Assembly: GCA_973851085.1 (NCBI GenBank)
Contig: OZ316775.1
Span: 4,464,001-4,528,000, forward strand
Length of the DNA stretch: 64,000 nucleotides
Direction of reading: 5' to 3'
DNA from: Ptychomitrium polyphyllum
Lineage: Eukaryota
The notes under the pieces were generated by a model. The model searched no databases and was not told the origin of the DNA. It saw only the letters and a list, made by a program, of their open reading frames with translations. This document shows, in pieces, positions 43,921-55,110 of this stretch. Each line of letters opens with the position of its first letter. The first letter of the stretch is position 1. The position numbers and the translations under genes were made by a program.

Positions 43921-46900
43921 AATTTACTAGCTACTTGTTACCCACACTAATTTTCTCGACCACGGTCTAGCAATCAATAATCCCGTCAACAAGAACACCA
44001 GCCAAAAAATTTATTTGAAGAGAAATAATCCAGCATCATTAATCACAAAGATATCCTAATTCAGTGGAATGTAGAAGCCTTTTTACAGTGTATTCTATAC
44101 TAAACAGTCCACTTCAACTAATCCAAGGACTGCCCCAAAGATAGAACCTATGAGAACCCATTTAACTCTCTCTCGTGGAATACTCCCCTCCAGTGACGTA
44201 ACGAGAGAGTTTTCGTGCTACGAATCAGACAAGGCAACTCCCTGCAGGATATACTGGAAACCATAAGGGGATAACATTCCTTTTGGCGGTCAATGGGAAC
44301 TCGGGTCCTTAGCGTTCCCCAAGAGGCGCTCTCCCGCCGTCCTGGCTTCTGTGATACTTCTTTGGATTCCTAGTGAAACAAAACCCAGATGATTTCAACA
44401 TACAAAACCTCATCTGTAGAAGGTGAGGTTTTGTTCAAAATGGGTATTGCTCAAATTGTGTTAGAGAATCTGAGTTCAAAAGTGAGCTTAAATGGCAAGC
44501 ACACAACCTCTTAGAAAGTGTATGTATTATCGTAGTAAATGTTGATATCCGGAAAGACGTGGTTTGTACCAGTCCAAGATTTTAGGTAGAGGACCAGGAA
44601 ATACGATACAGTAATAGGTTCTGAGGTACGTTATGTTCTTAGGTTCTAGCTTTCACAGATTTGCGTTGCTCTTAAAAACATTACAGAAACCGTATCAACG
44701 TTTGCCCACTGATGATGTTAACATCCTTCAACCAATCAAAACCAGACGCTAACCTCAGGATTTTACAAAAGAGGCACCTGTACAAGCTTGGAAGATGGAA
44801 AGAGATCCAAGCATGCCATTATCAACAAATCCAGAATGTAAAAGTGCTATAGGATAAGGGTTTTAGGCGTAGTTGGATATTAGATAATGCTGCATAGTGG
44901 CAGTAGAAAAAGCAGACACGAGCAACATAAGCACGACTAGGAACCTAGAGGAGCAGATATTAGTCAGCTGAAAAACAAAACGCTAGAGGACTCTGGTGTG
45001 GCTGAGAAAGCGAGATTGCATTGCTTTGCACAAAGAGGCACACAATTGATATAGAATTTATGAGATACCATCCTAATTCTAGTATTAGCCTTGCCACAGC
45101 CAAAACGGAGCTAAGGGTAGGACGAATTACTATGCAACTATCAATAACATTAAGGATGGGTCAATAACATTGGTAAGACACAATTTCCATGTGGCAAAGT
45201 AAAGTAAATCATGGGAAAACAACATACAGAACAACTAAACAAACCACGCAAACCTGAACAAGTTCCAAATGCAGCACTCTCAAATCTATGTACCGGCACT
45301 CAAGGCCATATCACAAATTTTTTTTGTACGCTGACAAACCTACAAACTCCTCAAAATCGTAGAAAACCAACACAATCACTTGCACAACTAGTCCACAACC
45401 TCATTGTCCTAATAGGCTCCAACGAGCTCACTCGTTTTTCATTTCGTTGAAGCTATCTAGCATTCCTTAAGAATTACACAAGATCCCAAGATGACTTCCT
45501 AACCTATTTTATAAAAATTTGCAAAGAAATAAATCTGAAGGAGAAAAACATGCTTACTTGAACAAGGACCGATAGTTACAATGGAAAAACTTTTATCAGC
45601 CCAATACTGACCCTGCAAAATGAGTGACTTTTGCTACGTAACGAGAGTTATATCAAGAAAAAGTTGCACTAAAAAGTCTCATCACGTTGTCCATCAGAAC
45701 CACAAGACCAAAATTAACTGGACTCCTACTCTAAACCGCTGAAACATACCCTAGGTCGCCAAATGGAGGTTTCACAACGTTAGAGTAAAGATCCCAAACC
45801 TTAATGTTGCGGTTTCCTCAACTGCGCTTGTTCCTCGTCCCACCTAGTACCACTGCTTCTTGTAAGCTGCTTCTCAGGACACAACTGGTTGAACGTGTTT
45901 GTAGCAACTCCAAATATTTGCTTAGTCAATCACTTGTAACTTATTAACAAGACAAGAAGGAATCAGTCCTTGACAAAGGTCTGCACTCATGTCTCTATCG
46001 TACCAATTCAAGAGCATAAATATACCTAAATAGTGTCGTGACAAATTTATCTATTATGATAAACTCAATATTATTGTCTACCAATGTGCTCATCTGCCTA
46101 TGTACGCTTCAATGACAGGAGAATGGACAATCTCTACAAATGCCTGTTAATTTATGAAACAACAGTCCCGAAACCATGAGTCCGACGCACATTTTTTACA
46201 AGTGCCACTAACTCCACTTTCTCAACCAGCGAGAGGACGATTACACAGCCGAAACAAGAGAGGCTGCGAATTGCCTGGTAATAACTTGCGGCTGCTAACA
46301 ACTAAACCAATTCCAACATAATCAGAACAAAAGCTCCAGCTACATGAACTTCGAATCAGCATTCAAAACGACAATCAGGAAACAATTAAAATCCACAGCA
46401 AGCATCGACATGATTTTAAAAACTTAAGACCACATAAGAAGAGAGCGGTGTTGTGGGATGTGAAACAGAGATAGTACCGTTATGTAGAAACTCATGAAAC
46501 TTGAAAGAATGCCCTGAAGTTACTGTACAATTTATAAGTTCGTGCAAAATGTGTTTTGTGAATTAGACTGAGCACCATTTGAAGCCACACAAGCAATACG
46601 AAAGTGCCAGACACACCTAGCCAACAATCTTGATTGACTTCATGCTCAATTATTATCAGGACGAAAGACTCTACCACAACTACGAACATATGGGCCACAC
46701 CATGCCAATGCAGATTGCAAAAGATAAACAAGAATATTTCTTATAAATTACAACAGCTCCTTGCCAAGCCAGGACTCGCAACCCTCATGGACCAAAGAAA
46801 CTAACCACAGCAACCTACATCGCTACGGCTGACTGTTTCACGCCAGGATTTTCTTATGGCATGAGGAAGAGATTGCAGGATTCGAGGCAATTGCGCAAGC

Positions 46901-46958
46901 CTTCTCCTAAGCGGTATGAATCAAAATTGTTATGAGTGTTGAAAGAGAACATTACAAG

Positions 46959-47984
46959 CTAGGCTCCCGTTGCAATCGCTCCCTTCCGAAGAACTTTCCG
47001 CTTACCCTCCACATCATTATTTTTCCTCTTCTTCGATTTTTCAGCTACTACAGTCTCCTCGACCACATCCATATTGTCCTCACCCTCCTTCTTCGACGAT
47101 GTCAACCTTGTCTTCTTCACCGACATATTCTTCATCTTCGCCGATTTCTGACTTTTCTTGGCTTCCGGTTGTGACAGCTCTCGCAATTGAATCTTCAATG
47201 GCATAACAGGAAGAGACTGATACAAAGGAAGCGAGGTGGACTCCAACGTCTTCAAAAAGTAAGCTCGAATGTTATCCCACTTCTTCGGAATCTGCTCTGC
47301 CACACCCTCAACAACCGCCTTCACATTCTCAACAATCTCCTCCCGTGGCTGCGACACCCTAGCAACCTTCACCACACTGCAAGTACCCCCACTCAGGTAC
47401 ACGAAAGTAGCATTCAAAGCCGCCATAACCTGACCGGTCCACTGCGCCCTAGAGAGATTCACCGGGATAGGATGCTTCTTCGTCTTAAAAAACGCCTTGC
47501 CGAGCAGCTTCGGGAGCTCCCCAAGAATCCGATCGTCCGCTAGAAAGACGTCATACGACCCACACAGCTTCCGCTTCGCCTCAAACGCGAAGTAGTCCGT
47601 CTTTAGCTTCGACAGCGGGATAACCTTGGCAATTTGCAACCCCTCCTTCGCAATCCGCTCCTTTGCCATCTTCTTGTCGAGCTTCTGCTTCGCATGCTCC
47701 CTGTCACTGATGATCAAACAAATCTCATGACTCCCAAGCTCGTAAATCGGGTGCGGCAGCCGTACTCTGTAAGGATTCGTCCTGCCCTTCTCCGGCACCT
47801 TGTTCATCCCCACCACAATGTACAACAACTGGTCGTTCTCCAGCAGCTGCGCCTTCTCCTTCTGCTTCTGCGCTGCGTTCCACTTGAGCAGCGCGTCCAC
47901 CGCCTTCTCCACCAGCGCTGCGTCCACCTTCCCGCTCACCTGCATCATCGTCCCACCTCCCTCCGCGCCCATCATCACCGCCAT
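46959..47984 (-). CDS. RSL1D1: Ribosomal L1 domain-containing protein (RSL1D1/Utp30/Cic1-like), 341 aa, intronless CDS
   Basis: VEKAVDALLKW, RTNPYRVRLPHP, ICLIISD, KVIPLSKLKTDYFAFEAKRKLCGSYDVFLADDRI, LPKLLGKAFFKTKKHPIPVNL, GTCSVVKVAR and LKTLESTSLPLYQSLP, followed by a basic K/R-rich tail. Confidence 0.93.
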   Translation of the reverse strand: MAVMMGAEGGGTMMQVSGKVDAALVEKAVDALLKWNAAQKQKEKAQLLENDQLLYIVVGMNKVPEKGRTNPYRVRLPHPIYELGSHEICLIISDREHAKQKLDKKMAKERIAKEGLQIAKVIPLSKLKTDYFAFEAKRKLCGSYDVFLADDRILGELPKLLGKAFFKTKKHPIPVNLSRAQWTGQVMAALNATFVYLSGGTCSVVKVARVSQPREEIVENVKAVVEGVAEQIPKKWDNIRAYFLKTLESTSLPLYQSLPVMPLKIQLRELSQPEAKKSQKSAKMKNMSVKKTRLTSSKKEGEDNMDVVEETVVAEKSKKRKNNDVEGKRKVLRKGAIATGA

Positions 47985-48166
47985 CAGCGTTGTTCTCTAG
48001 CTCTCCTCTCTCTCTAAATACTGGTCGCTCGGAATGTTCTCCCAGAAGTGTATCCCTGGGTGTGGTACCCTTCCTGTCTACACACACTTTGCTGCAGGAA
48101 AACGTGCGGAGATTCTCTAAGTTAAAACCCAACGCAGATTGCATGCGCTTGAGGTTCTGCTAGCCG

Positions 48167-48196
48167 TTAGGGTTTGCTTAGCTTCTAGGGTTTAGG
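48167..48196 (-). promoter_or_regulatory. Tandem telo-boxes upstream of the RSL1D1-like gene
   Basis: TTAGGGTTT at 48167-48175 (AAACCCTAA on minus) and TAGGGTTT at 48186-48193. Telo-boxes are typical of plant ribosome-biogenesis gene promoters. Confidence 0.7.
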
Positions 48197-51100
48197 AAAT
48201 TCTCACCGAAAACCGTCACCATCCCTAAAACCGACATCATCTACCAGAATCTCACATTTCATTTATGAGGTGTATGCTTTCAGTACATGAAGCGGTATTC
48301 CCGTATGAATACCTTTAGGGGGGGTTTGCATTGAGTTCATCCACATCAAGCGATAAACTCCATCCGTTGTTGATGATGCAGCTACTGTATGAGTGCATGG
48401 GCCTGATCATGCTCAACATGCAGTTCAGGATTGCAGAATTATATGCTGGGAGGGCCATTCAGGTGATTTTACTAGATCAGGTTGTATTGTTTTGGAGTGA
48501 CCGTCACAGGGAGCCCACTCACAGAGTCCTTCTACATGTCTGTTGAGTGATCCGCAAACAAGAGCCTGTTTGCAATTTTTGCCTCTTCTTCTTGGTTTCA
48601 AGTTGTGTTCTTTCATTCGGATTTGCATACGAAAACTATCCAGTGTAGAGTTTCCATCTTGACATTTTCTTCGGTGAACTTGTTATTGACTGAGTGCAGG
48701 ACGCTGAATTCTCTTGTTGCATGTGTCTTGGTGGCATGGTTTCGTTGGATTAGAGTTCTTGTTTTGTTTGGCTGTCAAAGCACTACTTGGATCAGAAATG
48801 TGTTTGATTGAAAGCACACGTGCTAATTCACAGTTTGGACTAAACAATCAGGAAGTTGAAAGCAAAAAAACAAAATGAAAGGGGAACTGAATTGAACGCG
48901 TTTCAGTGGATGGGAACTATGCTTGGGGGGTCCTTGCTGTCAAAACATTTGGTGCAAAAGTGAGTCAAAATGCATACTCAATGATGAAGCCAAGATCTCA
49001 CGTTACTGATTTGGGAAAGTGACCGCGTGAGTGGTGAGCGGTGAGCAAAATTAATCAAATTAGGGTAGATGGAATACCCACAGCTTTGAATAACCATGGG
49101 CTAATTTTCTTTTTTTTGCTTCTTTTGGTAGGTAGTGGAATGTAAGATTGTAGGTGATGCTCTAAATTTTGAATTGCACGTCTTCTTGTGGGTTAGTGAT
49201 TTTGTAGCTCCCCATTACCGTGGGTCATATTTGTTGATATTCATTCCCATGGCACTAACAAGCATTGATTTGAGAAGTAGGGTACTTTAGAAGTGGCACA
49301 AAGAAGTTTCGAACTAACAAATGCACACACTTGCTTTGCCATTACCTTTATAGGTATCCAAAGTGAGCAAGCCACCGTTCACCTACCCTCACCTTCCATT
49401 CACGTGGCCTTGCTGTGTACTCCATCCTTCTTTTCCGATAAAGTTGTTTCAGAAAAAGAGTGGCAACAATTTTCAGTCTTTCATCTGCTATTTTTTATGT
49501 ACTAGATATCAGGGAGATCTAGAAGAGAGAACCTGTAAACATACATAGAATCACAGAACATTTCCATATCTAAAACTTTGAAATTGGCCTACTAAACGTT
49601 GGCCTTCAAGTACTTAATCGCCTGGAAAGTGTGTGTTCCAAATTCGACGTTACTGGATGCTTAAACAAGCTCTGTCTGAAGAGTGCCTACAGGCACTTCG
49701 ATTTTTCCTTCTAGGATGGAGAGGTCATTATAGCTCACGAATATCTCATGGCCAGGCCAGAGCTAGATTATCAAGGACATTGAATGAGTCACTTTTATTC
49801 CTCATGCTTCAGTGGATCATGTCAGTGGCCATCTCCATCGGGCATAGAGAAGCAAAAATTGCTAAGTTGTTCAAGCTGCAAGTGCATATCTCCGCAATAT
49901 TAAAAACAATGAAGAGGAGTATAAACAGCATCTTGATCTCTGCAGTCATATGGCCACATGAGAGTATGAACTACACAAGCTACATGGTGGCTTCTGAAAT
50001 TTCGCATCTCTCTCTGACCGAGTAACGTTCTGCAGTACTAGAATATCGAGGTCAAGTTATGAACTGCTGAACCTAAATCTAAGCTTCATCACATTTGCAA
50101 ATATGTACATACGAATCAGTTAAATTATCGATTAGTTTTTAAACATCCACTACAGAATTGAACCGTGACTTGGAACTGGACTGTTTCTTCTGTTCGATGT
50201 TGAAGTACTTGCAGTGGAATTGCCATGGCCAGCAAAATATCGTTTTGTTCCATACCTGGTGATCAAAGGTGGAAACTAATTTTTCTCAGTCAACCAAACA
50301 CAGAATGCATTCATTTACTATCTCTTGAAACATTGATCTCTCTCTAGCGGTCAACATCGGTAGGTGTTACTTTAGTCAGTCACTAGAGGGACCGTTCGAT
50401 TGCCAGGTGCTCCTCTTGATTCAACAGCAGGTCTTCAGAACCTGACTTGTGGGAGTTGCATTTAATTTGCAAACACAGGATTGACATGGCAATCCAGGTT
50501 CCAATGATCTCCTCTATTATTTTGATGGTCTTCCTACTCAAGACGGAGTCATGCGCCATCCCCTACCGTTAAACGTTTGTTGATGTCTAAGATCTTATTC
50601 TAGAAGAAGAGATTCAAGTGACCTGCGGCAGCTTAAGAGAGGAGACACTTCCGTTTTGGAAACGCTATGCGTGGGTATTCCCACCCAGTATATGGGGAGA
50701 GACTGAATAGAGTTGTGCCTTCACATGGGGAACGTAACACCAAAAGGAGGGGTTCTACGTGAGTGACTACGTGAGTGAGTACGGACTAATAAGGAATACA
50801 TACCATGGCGTCAAGCAGAGAGGCATTTCCCTGTAGAAAGGCAGATCTTTAGTGCAGTATTCTCTGTGCTTGAACAAAATATTCACTTTCTCCAATAGAC
50901 ACCTTCTCGTTGACTTTTTTGCATTTCAAGATGCAAAGTGACGTGTCTTTGAGTTGCTTATTTTCATCTTTTGTATGTCTTGTTGTTTTGATTTTGATGT
51001 AAAGGGATCCTGCAGAACAATACATATGCAAAAGATCCTATTGATCACTTTGAACTGTGTTTCACTACGTGGATGGATTAACCACAGGGGGAATCGTTCC

Positions 51101-52405
51101 TTTACAAATATCTTCACTCAAGTCTCTATTTTACCAAATCAAGAGTACGCGTAAGGAGGAATTTGACATGGATTGATTCCTTTATGCCGCGTGGAACTTG
51201 CAAGTGGAATTGTGATCTGTGAGGAAGGATTTGACTCCCACCATCATCACCAAATGCTCGTCTTCCACTGAATCCTGAATCAAATACGCAGTACTTTCAA
51301 TGGCCATGGCGGCCAATAGGTAGGTGCTTACGGTGGACTCTGAGTTTCACGATAAGTTTTTTGTGTGAAACCTGTCGTGGAGCTCAGTAGTCCAGATTAA
51401 AATTTAAAAATGAGAAAAAATGTTAAATTGATGATCAATGAGCTCCAATTTATTGGTTAAAGAGCTGGGTATGTGATTGAGGATTCTATGTGTTTATGCA
51501 CTTAATGATGTCGTAAATCTAACTTTTCAGGAGAGTCTGGAGGTTTCACCCGCACAACCGAGTCTTACTTGCAACCTGAGCAGTCTCAAGAGCCAACTTG
51601 GATGACAGCAAAATTTAGACTTGAGCGCTCTGTAATAGGTCGTGAGGACTTCACAAGTAAGCTTGATGCATCTGAATTTGGAAAAAGACTGTTACTGTCT
51701 GTGTATACGGTTGATTTGTGGTTGTCCAATCCCAAAATAATAATCTGAATGATTAACACAAGTACCAGAGCTTGTTCGCATTCACATTTATTTTTTCCCG
51801 CTTACAGGAAAATGCTGTGGATTTATGCAAGCTTATGCATTGTGGCCACCTGCACAAGGACACTTGATTCGAATTACGATTTGGTGAAGCCTGGCCTGCA
51901 TTTTTTTCTGCATGTCGGAAACACCTATTGCCTCCAAAGTGCAGCAGGAAATCCAGGCCAGGCATACGACCTTGTGCCTCTAGTATTTCCTCATTTGAAG
52001 GAGACGACCTAACTGCTTCTTACAATCGACAACCTGCTTTAGTCAGCCACTGAGGCTGTACATCTTTGAAATAGCGTATATTGTACGTATTGTTATCTGC
52101 AAAATTGCTAACGTATTCAACTGGTTACTGTAGCGATCACAATATTGTCTTCCAACATTACTAATCAATAAAACTGGAACCGTACAATTTGTTCAAAGCT
52201 AGGAATTGATAAATGGTAACATGATCCGGCAAACTATATCACACCACTGATTGTTCAGGTAATTCTCTTCTTGGTCCAGAGTCATATTTCAAAATACTTC
52301 ATAAAGAGATACTTCATACCGGAGATCACCTTCGTCCGCATTCAGTAGACTAAACTAATCAGCAACTAAGTGCTGTACAACTTTTAAGTAAAATGTGTTA
52401 GAATA

Positions 52406-55110
52406 TTATTGTTCATCATCCGATGAGCAAGTAACCGCGCACTCAGTAGCCACGATTACCAGCTTTGGAACTTGTACTTTGAATTCTAAGGCACCAGCTT
52501 CTGACGACGACGTAGGGTGATCTATTGATGAAGCTCTGATAGCCTGCTGATGCTCCAAAATTCGCTTCATCTGCTCCAGCTGCTCCATCTGGGTCTCCTG
52601 CGAGGCAATAGTCCTCTCGAGTTGCTTGTTCATCTTGGCCACATTCTGTTCAGATGATCAAGCACAACAATTCGTGATTGCAGGGGTTAGATCACATGCT
52701 AATGCAACAGCAATGAAGAAAAAGTGTATGTTCTGACCTTTCAAACTGAAAGAATTAGTAGCAAATTAATATCAAAGATAGGAATCACAGAACAATAAAA
52801 AATACAAGGTAAAAAGGCTTTCAAAGCCTACCTGACTTGTTTCCATGTCTACCTCAATCGATTGTTGAAGCCTAGCCTCAATTTCGTTCTGCACGTTAGA
52901 ACTTTCACCTACGTCTAGTGTGATTTGCTCAGATGGATGATGTTGCTTGGTTCCTTTGGGAGAGTATAAATGTTGGAGGCGATATTTTTGAAGATGGCTC
53001 TTCACATGAAAGACATGAACCTCCGCGCCACAATCCATGACGCGGAGGACTGCCTTCGGTGTGGCAACGTCAGGGCCACCTAGAGAAGTAACTGCCGCCA
53101 CAAACTTGTCGTGGAGCTCTGGAACCCACTTTAAGCGTGGACTTTTAGCCTCCGCCACCATTCCTTTCAATGGCCGAGGGACTACACAGGATCGAGCAAC
53201 ATTTCCAAATGAGCAGAATTAATCCGTATAGATTCCCGTTAACTTATAACGTCAATAAGAATAATCACATACCTCGACACTGCTCATACTGCAGTACATA
53301 CCTCGACGATGCTTGTTCTCCTGTTCAGGAGGACCAGCCGACAACAGAGCCGAGGATACATTAGCTGCCGCAGCCTGATCAGTCATAGGATTAGCAAGAT
53401 ATGCAACCCGATCAGTGACAACCGAAGCTTCATGCACTCGGTACGGTCCTTGCACTGGTTCTAAGGCCTGCTCTGGAAAGAGGGATGATGGGATGGAACT
53501 GTGGTCCCATAAGGCGACATCCTCCATTGACCCCAGCATCGACCAATCTGACGATGGGCTCTGGTTTTCAAAGTCGAGTTCTTGAGAGGTTACGGGCTGG
53601 CATTCGAAATCCGCGTCCATGAGAGCTTCAAATGGTAGGTCTGTCATCAACGAAACAGCTTGCTCAGGCTGCATCACCACGAGCAGGTACAGAAATATTT
53701 TAGTGCTTTAGAAGTAAAGTTTAAAAAGAGAAGAAATGGAAAAAGCAAAAAGACGGTTCTAACAGATGGAATGTGAACTACCGGTTGGTCCATTATCGGG
53801 GGAGCTGGGGGCTCAGATACCTGTGAAATAATTACTAGCCTACAATTACGGGTCCTCTGTCAAGATACAACGTTCTGTAAATGGAGAAAATTATCTGAAG
53901 ACGAATCGAGTCTCTCACCTGCACAGGGTTGAGCGTCGTTGCCATCAAGGACGTCGATACTTCGTCGGGTGCTTTAAGTGGGTCAAGCGGAGTTCGGATC
54001 GGCGGCAGTCTTACGACTGGCATGAGACTGAGATCTGAATCCGAGCTCATGAGAGGTCCATATTGTGGGTGCTGCGGCGCCATGGTAAATACTTGACCCT
54101 GCTTCACCACACGCAAGTACAGATTTTTTAAGTATTTAAACAAAGGTACTGTATCTGATAAGAAATAGAAAAAGCAAATATTTCGACTGTTCAAACTGCC
54201 AGAGACAAGTTTCAGTGTCGGGGGAGCTGCAGGTTCAAATTACTGTGGAACTCAACAACCAACCTTTCCCAACGCACGGTTTCGAGTTTCTGTATCAACA
54301 CACAAAGTTACTCGAGTGGAGTTAATGCGAAGCCAAAGGGAGCCTCACCTGCGCGGGATTGATCCTGGTGGTTGTTGGCAAGGTGCACAGTACTTCGGGT
54401 GCTGAGGATGGCGGTGGAAGTGTCCCTGCGTTGTTTTCTTCGAGGAAATACATCCCGCGCCTTGCCATGATCGATGACAATCTAGGAACATGGAAAGGGT
54501 GCTTAAGCACAGATTGAAAGCGCTGAGGATAGACGGGAGTTTTGGGGTTTTCTTGGTGGGCCGGGGAAGGCTTAGAAACCTTCCCAGTCGCACTTCTCCG
54601 TCCCTCCATGATATACCACGTCGGTGAACTTCCTGGCGGTCGACGTCGGAGAGCAGGAGAGGAATTATTGTATGCCTGCCTGAGCCAGAGAAGATCAGGC
54701 GTCTCATTGCTGGCCAACGGGGCTGCCGCTTGTCGTTGGCGCTTTCGACGGTGGCTCTCCTGTAAAACGTCCTCGAGACCTCCATTGTTCGACCTTGTTT
54801 GCACGCCGTGAGGAACGTACACTGGGTCGACTGGAGCAACTACCTGCTGAGACTCGAACCCTGGCTGTTGCATGTGCGGAGATCCTGAATTGCTGTGGTT
54901 GTTCATGGCCAGGGACGAATCCAGGTTCGTGAAGTTCTCGAAGTCCATCTCTTCATAATCACCCCATAGCAGTGCAAGGGGTTCATCATTGGCACCATTG
55001 CCGAATACATCGCAACCCCACGATGGGTTGACAATGGGCCTACTAAAAATTTCTTCCTCCGTAAGGATACTCGGCTCAGACCAAGATCCTCCCAAAGACC
55101 CTGGAAACAT
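52406..55110 (-). CDS. Divergent GARP G2-like MYB-CC (PHR1/PHL-like) transcription factor with a long unusual N-terminus; model exons 55110-54349, 54098-53919, 53820-53782, 53668-53302, 53181-52853, 52645-52406; 638 aa
   Basis: MYB-like domain PRLKWVPELHDKFVAAVTSLGGPDVATPKAVLRVM...VFHVKSHLQKYR, then a degenerate coiled coil VQNEIEARLQQSIE|NVAKMNKQLERTIASQ...MKRILEHQQ. All introns are GT-AG with a continuous frame. Joining the first exons to the MYB exons is inferred. Confidence 0.75.

Noticed and set aside
45596..45688. Minus-strand GTGATGA...CTGA snoRNA candidate
   Set aside because: No terminal stem or recognisable guide, and it overlaps an apparent splice acceptor.
46932..48144. Overlapping and antisense ORFs around the RSL1D1-like CDS (similarly at 30835-31324, 54345-55360 and 60206-60747)
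   Set aside because: Shadow ORFs expected from GC-rich codon usage of the real genes.
48981..49010. Box C/D snoRNA candidate (ATGATGA...18 nt...CTGA)
   Set aside because: No downstream terminal D box or closing stem was seen, and only a short unconvincing rRNA complementarity from memory. It would need snoscan.
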